A stretch of DNA of 64,000 bases from Spiroplasmataceae bacterium (GTDB taxonomy: Bacteria; Bacillota_I; Bacilli_A; Mycoplasmatales; JAYUTB01). The DNA is taken from the NCBI GenBank assembly GCA_043756005.1, contig JAYUTB010000008.1, positions 2,316-66,315 of the forward strand, written 5' to 3'. The stretch's first letter is position 1, and each line of letters starts with the position of its first letter. Of this stretch, positions 23,698-33,101 are shown one piece after another. The notes below the pieces were generated by a model. That model was not told the origin of the DNA. It searched no databases and saw nothing but the letters and a program-made list of their open reading frames with translations. The translations under genes were made by a program, and so were the position numbers.

Positions 23698-25343
23698 ATG
23701 TTTATGAACAAATTACTTAAATTATTCCCGATTGCAATAATTGCGCCTATGTTGGCGTTGACTTTTACTTCAGCAGTTGTTACACCTAAAGCTGAGGGTC
23801 ATTTTAAATATATTAACAACTCCATTACATTTAATGGTAAAACTTATTCAACCGATAATTTCAACTCACACAATCAAAGAATTTTAAAAATCAGTAGTGT
23901 GGAAATTATTATTGATAAACCGACAAAAGATTTTGTTTTTTACACAATTAATGGTGTTGATTATTTATATGTTGAAAAACAAAACACACTAATTAATTTA
24001 TCAACCAGTACAAAAGATTCTTACGTAATATATGGTGGAAAACTAAAAGTTTTTAATATCTTGGGGGGGTAGATTATATATTATATTGATATGGATCGCA
24101 CTGAATTTTTTCAACCATCGATCACCTAAAATATTGATACCCTACTGATGAAGTAAATTCTGTTGAAATTCTTGATGGCACTCACATTCAATTGAAATTG
24201 AATAATTCAAAATATGTTTGTTTAAATTTAAACTTACACAATAAAGTTATATCAAGTGATAATTCATTTTGAAAAGTATTTATTGATAATGAAACTGTAT
24301 TTTTAGGATATATATTTTATAATGCTGATTTAAATGAGCATCCAATTTTTAAAACTCCAATATATATGTCTGTATGAGAATACTCAAATATATACATTAA
24401 AAAAGACTTATCTGGGGGCTTGTTTGATTTCACAACAAGACTTACTTCAAAATCTATACAAAAATGCTCGTCTTATAAACCAATAACAATTGACGGCATT
24501 AAATTATTCATGGTAACTGTTGATAATAAACAAGAATTTTATGATGTTGATTTAAATAAAAAAGATGAATACAGTATTAAAATTCTTCACAATAACAATT
24601 ACATTGAACGAACTGTTGCTGATGTTAAAACGTTATTCAAGTTTGATGATGGCGCAAAAATTACATCAATCCTAGATTACAAAAAACTTGAAGAACGAAC
24701 CGTTGATACCGTTAAATTATTAATGGTAACTGATGCAAGTGATGGTGTAAAATTTTATAAGGATAGCGATCAAGCTTTAAATGGTAACTACACAACAATC
24801 AAACCGCAAGACACAAAGTACATTAAACGAACCGTTGATGGTGTGAAAACTTTATTCAAACTTGATGGCACATCAATTACAGATTACAAAGAACTTGAAC
24901 CACGAACGATTGATACCGTTAAATTATTGATGATAACTGATGCAAGTGACAATGTAGCATTTTATAACGATAACGATCAAGTTTTAAATAAAAACTACAA
25001 GTCAAGCACTCTGCATAACACAACTTACATTGAACAAACCGTTGGTGATGTTAAAACGTTATTCAAATTTGATGATGGCGCAAAAATTACAACAATCTCA
25101 AATTACGAAAGCATTAAACCAATAAAAAGCTTATTTAAAAAGAAATACTTAGAAGTAACTAACATTGAAAAAACAGTTGATTGATATAGTAGTATTAGTG
25201 AAGGCAAAAAAGATGATTTTAAAAAAACCTCTGGTATTATAAAATATCAGACTCCAATTGTAATTGGAGCTTCGGTTGGTTCAGTAAGTGTTGGTGCTTT
25301 AATTACTGCATTAATTTTAATTATTAAAAAACGTAAAAAATAA
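23698..25343 (+). CDS. variable surface protein, split by a frameshift at a G7 tract (apparent OFF state)
   Basis: The signal-peptide ORF 23698-24072 stops just after G7. The frame starting at 24069 is open (TGA=Trp) to TAA 25341-25343 and ends in a TM helix plus KKRKK. One extra G fuses the two parts (about 548 aa). Confidence 0.75.
24063..24069 (+). repeat. poly-G (G7) homopolymer at the frameshift point
   Basis: The sequence CTTGGGGGGGTAG can be read directly. Confidence 0.95.
24601..25110 (+). repeat. coding tandem repeats of about 205-220 nt (YIExTVxDVKTLFKxDG...TVDTVKLLM[VI]TDASD)
   Basis: About 2.4 units are visible in both protein and DNA (24601, 24823 and 25027 all begin TACATT[GA]AAC[GA]AAC). 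Confidence 0.85.
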
Positions 25344-25629
25344 ATAATAATCATTTACCAACATTAGCACAACTTGTCAATATTTGAATTTTATTAAAGT
25401 TATCCACGAGCATTATTTGATTTTAAAATTTTATGAATCAATGTTAGTTAATAAAATCTTTATATTACCAGTTAATGGTGTTATAGCGTATGCTAAACGA
25501 GTAAATAATGTTTAAAATTCTTAACAAATATCAATTGATGATTATGTCATATTAATAATAGCTTAAAAAATAATATAAGTTTTTGTTAAAGCTTGGTTAA
25601 TATAAAATGTAATGATAAAAGTTATTTTC

Positions 25630-25661
25630 ATGTTTGCGTGATAAATTTATCACGCAAACAT
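25630..25661. other. 32-nt perfect palindrome (possible terminator or protein-binding site)
   Basis: ATGTTTGCGTGATAAATTTATCACGCAAACAT is self-complementary with no loop. It lies downstream of the 23698-25343 gene. Confidence 0.7.
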
Positions 25662-25780
25662 TACTAGCAATTGATAGATAAGTTGAGTTTATTATGGTTC
25701 AGCCGTTCCTTGATCAATATTTGATGTTGTTATGATAAAAATATCTTCTTTTACATAAGTTGTTTTTACTTTTTATATAT

Positions 25781-26353
25781 AAAAAGGAAATTTTGTATAA
25801 TTAGTCACAAAATTAATTAATAAGCGTTACCTAGTTGATAAATCAGGATTGTTAAGTAATCATTGCGTATCAGTTCATTGTTCATGATCAAATCACAATT
25901 TTTCTGCTAATAACACTTGATCATATGTTTGACGGCCTTTATAGTTTTTATTAAAAATAATAAATCAAGTTATTTTAAAACATGAATCATGTTTTAAATA
26001 AAAAATATATCAGGTACAACCAAAAATTAAACAATAATTAACTAAAAAATAAATTCATAGATAACGAAGGGGAATAAAATAAAAAAATGGTAAAAAATAC
26101 AAAAAATAATTTTTGTTTAATAGTTTAATCTTCCTCTTGATAAGTTTTTTTAAAAAAATATCAACTAATATTGTTGAATAAGGGGATTTGAGCCCATCCG
26201 TCATTTGCACAACCTACCTCATTAGCAGCGAGGCCTCTTCAATCGAACTTAAGTATTACTCAAATCATTACTAACGTACTAAAAAATTATAAATAATCTT
26301 AGTTTGTTAAAATAATTATATATACATTATAAAAATAATAACAAATGACATTC
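25781..26353. repeat. degenerate second copy of 22826-23483 (cls 5' end + tRNA-Ser + flank)
   Basis: The two regions align by eye along their whole length, with scattered substitutions and two deletions of about 40 bp. The copies are direct repeats bracketing 23484-25780. Confidence 0.9.
26171..26262 (-). pseudogene. tRNA-Ser(GCU) relic inside the duplicated segment
   Basis: The anticodon arm is identical to the 23298-23390 copy. The 3' CCA is changed to ACA, the acceptor stem is altered, and the T-loop reads GCTCAAAT instead of GTTCAAAT. Confidence 0.65.
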
Positions 26354-26516
26354 AATAAAGACAACAACAATAACACCAGATAAAGCTAATTTTTTTAAAA
26401 AATTAATTACTAATAATTCTTTGTTATGCATAAAATGAATAACAATTTAATTAATCTTTGAAATTATAAATAATTAATAAAACTCAAATCGCTTTTATAA
26501 CAATTTGTTTGTATAT

Positions 26517-27423
26517 TTTATTTTTGACGTTTTTTAATAATAAAAACTAATGCTGTAATTAAAGCAATAATACCTAGTGAAACAGGTAATCCAATTGTTA
26601 AAAGTTGGTTATTTGTATCAGTTTTTGACGTTTCTTGAGCTTTTGGTATTGGTTGAGTGTCTGAAGTTTTTGGTTTTTCTTGAACTTTTGGTATTACTTT
26701 AGTTTCTGAAATTTTTGGTATTGGTTGAGTTTCTGAAGTTTTTGGTGTTGCTGGAGTGTCTGAAGTTTTTGGTATTGGTTGAGTTTCTTGAGCTTTTGGT
26801 ATTGGTTGAGTGTCTGAAGTTTTTGGGGTTGTGGGTTTGTTTATTGTTACATTTTTAACAATTGTATTTTGAAATTTTAATTCAATTTGATCATTTGGTA
26901 ATTCGTTTATTGAATCAATATCATTTGCAATTTCATAACTGATTGAATGGTCTATTTTTGAAAATAAAATTTTTTGATCTTTAATATATGTTATTCAATC
27001 ACCTTCAGTTAAAGAAAAAACTTTTGGAAGATTTTTAATCTTATCATCTGCTTTTCCGGTTGTTAAATTTATAAAATAATTAGAAGTGACTTTGGAACCA
27101 AAACTATCTATAAATAAATAATCATTTTTATCAATCGTCAAAAAGAACATTTTGGTTTTGTAGTCTTTTACATCATCAGGAATATAATAAAAATCATCTT
27201 TATTTAAAATAATTGCATAATATAGATTACCTCATCCCCCTCATTTTCTTTTCTCTATTTTATATGTTTTGTCATTATATTCAATTTCTTCTATAATTCT
27301 TTTATTGTCACTAAATGTTTCAAAATCAGTGAATGATTTTTGCTTAATATCTGCTGAAAATAAAGTAATAACTAAAACTGGTACAACAATAATTGGTAAT
27401 ATATTTTTCAATAATTTTTTCAT
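26517..27423 (-). CDS. surface protein with Pro/Thr/Lys-rich repeats; C-terminal membrane anchor out of frame
   Basis: ATG at 27423, signal peptide MKKLLKNILPIIVVPVLVITLFSA. The frame checked codon by codon ends at TAA 26533-26535. The anchor SLGIIALITALVFIIKKRQK* (to 26517) lies in the adjacent frame after the A4/T4 run at 26579-26582. Confidence 0.7.
26590..26830 (-). repeat. imperfect 27-30-nt coding repeats (PIPK[TA][SQ][DE]TQ)
   Basis: GGTATTGGTTGAGT[GT]TCTGAAGTTTTTGG-type units are repeated about 7 times. Confidence 0.8.
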
Positions 27424-27493
<70 letters not shown>

Positions 27494-27584
27494 ATTTGAT
27501 TGATTTAGTTTGATATTTTAGAGGTTGTTATGTTATTTTTAAAATCAAAAAACTAACTAATGTTTAATATGTTAAAATTTATGC

Positions 27585-28778
27585 ATGAGTTATAAAAAAT
27601 TATTTACTAGCGAATCAGTTTCAGAAGGTCATCCTGATAAAATATGTGATCAAATTTCGGACGCAGTATTGGATGCTTGTTTAACACAAGATTCACATAG
27701 TCGAGTATCATGTAATTTGTTTATTACCGCCGATCAAATTTTGATCGGCGGTGAAATAACTACCAATGCCAAAATTAATTTTAATGAAATTATTCAAACA
27801 GTTTTTGATGACATTGGTTATAAGATTACTTTAAATAAAACTCCATCAATCAAAAACGAACGACATAATTTTCAAACCAACATTAGTGTTCATCAACAAT
27901 CGCCAGAAATTCATAAAATGGTTAATAACCTTGATCATCATATGAAATATGGCGATCAAGGGATTGTATTTGGTTATGCAGTTAATGAAACTGATAATTA
28001 CTTACCTATAGCATATACATTAGCCAATGAACTTTTAAAAAGAGCTACTTATTTAAGAAAAAACGATCAATTTCATAAAGCTTTACCTGATATGAAATCA
28101 CAAGTAACAGTTCGATATACTGATAATCCATCTTGTCCGATTCAAGTTGAAAAAGTAGTATTAAGCATTAATCATTATCAACACGATTCTAATGAAACGC
28201 GTGATCAATTTCGTCATTTTATTAATACGGAAATTATTGATCATGTATTGCGTCAATTTAATTTAAACATTGATTGTGAAAAGTATATTAATAATAATGG
28301 TGATTTTGTATTAGGAGGGCCATGAGCTGATAGTGGATTAAGTAATAAAAAAATTGTAGTCGATACTTATGGAGGAGGCGGTAGATGTGGAGGGGGGGGT
28401 TTATCAGGTAAAGATCCAACAAAGCCAGATCGCAGTGGTAATTATTTAGCTAGATATATTGCTAAAAATATTGTCGCTACAGGATTAATTAATAAACTTG
28501 AAATTCAATTAAGTTTTTTAATTGGATCTGAAAGTCCAATTGCAGTAGCAGCTGATACTTTTCATCATGCTAAAGTTACGGAAGCAATGATTTTACAAAT
28601 CATTGCGCAGCATTTTGATTTAACTTTGCAAGGTTTTATTAATGATTTAAAACTTTTAAGACCCATTTATCGACAAACAAGTGTGGGGGGTCATTTTAGT
28701 AACGCTACTTTTCCTTGAGAAGCAACTGATAAAACAAGCGCCATTAAAAAAACACTGTTAACATTAATCGGTTCATAA
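27585..28778 (+). CDS. metK: S-adenosylmethionine synthase
   Basis: FTSESVSEGHPDKICDQISDAVLD at the N-terminus, and GGG...SGKDPTKPDRSG further in. The frame continues past TGA 28323 to TAA 28776-28778. It contains an in-frame G8 run at 28392-28399. Confidence 0.95.
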
Positions 28779-28780
28779 AC

Positions 28781-29263
28781 ATGGTACAAGCGTTTAATAA
28801 TCAACAATTAGAATTAATAATTCATAATCGAACTAAAAATAATATTTTAAATGAATGATTTACTGATATTTGACTGATTTTTAATACTTGTATACAACAT
28901 TTAAAGATTACCAAACTATCAAGTATCAGTTTAGTAATTGTTAAAAAAAGAAGTATGCAAACCTTAAATAATAAATATAATGTTGCAACAAAGCATCAGC
29001 AACATGCTGATGTATTAAGTTTTCCAGCACAAATTGAAACAGCTGATAATATTAACCAACTTGGTGATATTTTTATATCAGTTGATAAAGTGATTACTCA
29101 ATCATTAGCTTATCATCATTCCATTAGAAGAGAATTTTGTTTCTTGTTTTTACATGGTTTGTTGCATTTATTAGGTTATGATCATCAAATTAACGCCGAA
29201 GAAGTCATTATGTTTCAGATCCAAACTAATATTTTAAAACAATTAAATATTAACCGCCATTAA
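28781..29263 (+). CDS. ybeY: rRNA maturation endoribonuclease YbeY
   Basis: The zinc motif HGLLHLLGYDH is present. ATG 28781 follows metK directly. The N-terminal part is joined through TGA codons. Confidence 0.88.
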
Positions 29264-29366
29264 AATTGCATAATTTGTCATATTTTGATATATAAATGTC
29301 ATAATTAATGACGTGCTTTATAAACTACACTTTGTAAAGCACTTTATTTAATAATCATTATCACGA

Positions 29367-29669
29367 TTAAAAATTATTTTTTCATTGCGTTAGCACATTA
29401 ATAAATAATATTACAAACGTTTCCGTTAAAAAGGCAATCATGATGCCTAAACAAAATCATTTTAATGATTTGATTGTTTCTTGTCTTTCTAAGCCTTGCG
29501 TGGCATATATTTTAATACCAATAATAATGCCACGAATTACCGCAAATAAACTAGTAATCACTAATAAAGCAGAAATAATACCATTACAAATGTTTTTAAT
29601 AGTGATTAATAATTCATTATTCGCTAATGTCATATTCATCATGGTCGTCATCATCAGTTCATGCATCAC
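29367..29669 (-). CDS. small two-TM protein, last gene of the T4SS-like cluster (possibly pilin/VirB2-like)
   Basis: Track ORF 29457-29669 extends through TGA to TAA 29367. About 100 aa with two hydrophobic helices. It overlaps the 3' end of the upstream gene. Confidence 0.5.
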
Positions 29670-32001
29670 TTTCTAATTGATCAGCATTAATAATCAATGC
29701 TCTTTTATTTCTGTTACGGATATAAAAACAAATGATAATTAAACCCACAAAAAATATCATCGATCCGGCTACTACGCCAAACAAGATCATCAGATTAGTT
29801 CAGGTGATTTGTTCATCAAGTTGAGCTTGATATTTGTTATAAGCATTAATGATTATTTCCTCATATTTTTTTTGTAAATTTAAATAATTGTCACGGGCTG
29901 CTTTAGATATTGGTCGGGTTCAATTATGGAGTTTTAAGATAATTGCTTCTTTAGTTTGCCAATCTTTAAAGTGGGCGTTTTTAAAACCATCATCGATTTG
30001 TGCTGTTAAAAAAAGCTTGGCTTTAATAATCGTTTTTTCTAAGATGCCTTTGGTTCAATGATTTCAAAAATTACTGAAAGTAATAAAAGAAGATATGGTT
30101 GTGTCGTTGATATCTATTACATCACGCACAATGTTTTGATGTTCATAACCGTTGACATTTAGTAATTGATGTTTTATAAAAGCGGCGGTTAATTGGGGAT
30201 GATAGTTAGTAATATTTGTTAATCAACTGTGCATTTGATGATGATGTTGATTTTTAATAATATTAAGTTGATGAGTTAACATTTGATGATCAAGTTGATT
30301 GATGGTGGCATCATCAATGTTAAAAAACTTGACTCATGTTAATTGACGAGGTGTAATATTGTTGGGTACTTGATCACTACCAAGTTGTAAATAAAAATCT
30401 TGGTGTTGGTGGTTGATTTTAACAACGGTTAATTTTAATAAAGTAGTATTTAAACCTGGTTGATTATATAAATTTTTATTGACAACCTGATCACTGAGTG
30501 GTAATGGTTTTCAAATATCTTTTTCTTTGATCGATAATTGGGTTGATTTTATAAAATGAGGAAATTTATTTTGCAGCTGGATTTGTTGATGGGGGGTGTA
30601 ATAAATTTTGACCGTTTGCTGATCAATGGTTCTTCATACATAATCTTTAATTAAATTATTTTTGGCTCAAAAAAAATTTTGAGCTAAGGCTTTATTAAAT
30701 AATGTAAAATTGATAATTTTAGTATTACCATATTGATCGTTAACAACGATTTTATAATCATTAGGTTGCGTAAAGGTAAACATGATTTGATTATTTTTTA
30801 AGGTAATTTGATATGGTAGTTTGGGTGATGAATTTTTAATCACAATTTTGTTAGCAATTGTGATAGCTGGTTCACCATTAATGATGATGTTTTTAAGAGT
30901 ATTATCAAGTAAAATATGTCAATTAATTTGATCGTCAAAGTAATATGCAGTTTTTTTAACATTTTGTTGATCAGTAAAATAAGTAATTAACTGATCGGTA
31001 GTGTTGTGATAATGATATAAATATTGATAAATATTATTGTGTAAGGTAATTTTTGTTTTATCAAAGCTGTTAATATAAAATGGTTTTTGAAGAGGCGGAA
31101 TTAATTGATTATTGATGGTTACAAAGAAATAATAATGTTTATCAACGTGTTGACTGTTGATTTGATCAACTAACATGGTCGTTTGAAATTGATTTTGTTT
31201 GGTGAAAGTGAGTTTTTGTTTTTTTCATGGTGATTTATTACCAGCACGAAAATTTAATTCAAAAAATAAATGTTTGAGAACTTGATTAGTAAAATGTTTG
31301 CTATGATGAGTTAGTTTAAAGGTTAGTTTAAATGGTTTATTTTTGAAAATTGGTTGAGGTTGCTGGTTAAGACTAGTAACATTTGTTTGATGAACATTAT
31401 CATCAACAGCAGTAATATTTAGTTGCAGATCATTGAAATCGACCAATAAAGCATAATCTTTTTTTAACAACGATGTGTTATCGCTCGGATATCAAGTGAC
31501 TTCTTTGCCATCTTCTGATAAAGGTTGATCTTTAGGATATCGATATCAATACCACACACCACCACTGGGTAGTCATAAATTAACTCGTAAATTACTTAAA
31601 TACATATTTTTTTTATCAAATCTGATGTCGGGGGCGTGAAAATTAGCTCAGGATACTTTTTGAGCAGGCTTGTCTAAATCAGTAATTGATTTACGATATC
31701 AAGCTTTACAATGTTGTGTTCTTTCGCCACGCAATCATCCATAAGCGACATGACATTTATTAATGGATCAATCAACTCAATCATCTTTACGAAAATAAAG
31801 ATAATTATCATTAATACGCACTTCTTGTCAATGAGCTGAATCTTTAAGCAGTTGTTTTTTCTTAAAAGCACCACTCACTAAATACCAAGCGTTATTTTCT
31901 CAGATGACAGCAACATCAGTATGAATTAATAATGATTGGTTTTTTATAGGTGGGGAGAGATGTTGCGATGATAAAAAAAAATTATTATTAATAATCACCA
32001 A
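29617..32001 (-). CDS. large Trp-rich protein with C-terminal TM anchor and acidic tail (about 794 aa)
   Basis: A single frame traced codon by codon from TTG/GVG near 31996-32001 to TAA 29617, with many TGA. It includes track ORFs 30919-31176 and 31225-31470. C-terminus: MILFGVVAGSMIFFVGLIIICFYIRNRNKR...DDDDHDEYDISE. No family recognised. Confidence 0.6.
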
Positions 32002-32029
32002 AGTTGTTTAATAAATTTAATAGTACGAA

Positions 32030-33091
32030 TTATTTTTTAAACACCCCTCTTTTTAATTTTTTAATGATGCTACTCATTTGTTGTGTTTCGTAACTTAAAT
32101 TTCCTTTTATTTTGAAAACTTGATCATAAACATGTTGCGCTCTTACTAAAAAAATGCCGGAGGCAATCAATAATAATAATTTTAAAATGACATTTGCAAA
32201 AAAATCATCTTTGTTAAAAATCATGAAATGATTGATGGTATATAATTTACTAATGACTGATATAAAAATAAATAAATTCAGATTTAAACCAAAAATTAAT
32301 AAGGTTTTTGACACAAGGGTGGTTTGTCAATTTTTAAAATGCTTACCACCATCATAAGCAATTCACGCAATTGCCAGTGGTCCTAATAAAAACAACAGTA
32401 ATATTTCAAACATTCTTTGAATTAAACAAAGACACATTGATGTTAATGTTCAAATAATAACACCTGCTCCAATCATCACTATGATGTTGTGAAATTGATG
32501 TTTTTGATCATAACTTCATTGGTAGTTTAAAGTAATATTAGTGATCTCAGCTTCGGTCATTAATTGATGAGGTGTAAAACCGGATTGATAAATTTTATCA
32601 GCAATAATATTAGTATCTAAACTGTTATGATGTTGAAAAATAGCCCCCATTAACAAAAAAATATAATTATTAATGGTGATAAACAACATTGGAAAGGTAA
32701 TGATAAAAATAATAGCCACAAAAACATGTTTAATAATATTGTTTATTTTTCATGATTCTTGATTAGTAAATAAAAGATTAATTACTTTTAATATTGCCGC
32801 TAACATAATGACACCACCTGCTAGGATGGAAATAATCATATAAAAGAGATTGTGCTCGTTCATGTTTAATTCATGTAACATTCATTTAAAAAATTGTTCG
32901 CCTAATAAATAGTTAAAAACTATACCAATTTTTTGCACGATTTTTAATAGAAACATGGTAATTTGAAAAATCAAATTATAAAACCATGTATTTCATCATG
33001 CTGCATTTGGTCCAATATTTAATGAAGTACATATGATCAGCAACACGATTATCAAAAACATTTTTAAACAATAACGACCGCGTCGTGACAT
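32030..33091 (-). CDS. polytopic membrane protein (VirB6/TrbL-like position)
   Basis: ATG at 33091. Track ORFs 32030-32314 and 32516-32719 share a frame joined by TGA. At least 6 hydrophobic helices. It lies directly downstream of the VirB4-like gene. Confidence 0.6.
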
Positions 33092-33101
33092 ATTATTAAA
33101 T

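Noticed and set aside
28392-28399. G8 homopolymer in metK, considered as a phase-variation site.
   Set aside because: It is in frame and encodes the Gly-rich loop of an essential enzyme. I used it only as an internal control against homopolymer sequencing error.
29440-29676. 78-aa plus-strand ORF.
   Set aside because: It is antisense to the small two-TM gene and the 3' end of the large gene of the T4SS-like operon. The minus-strand reading fits the operon.
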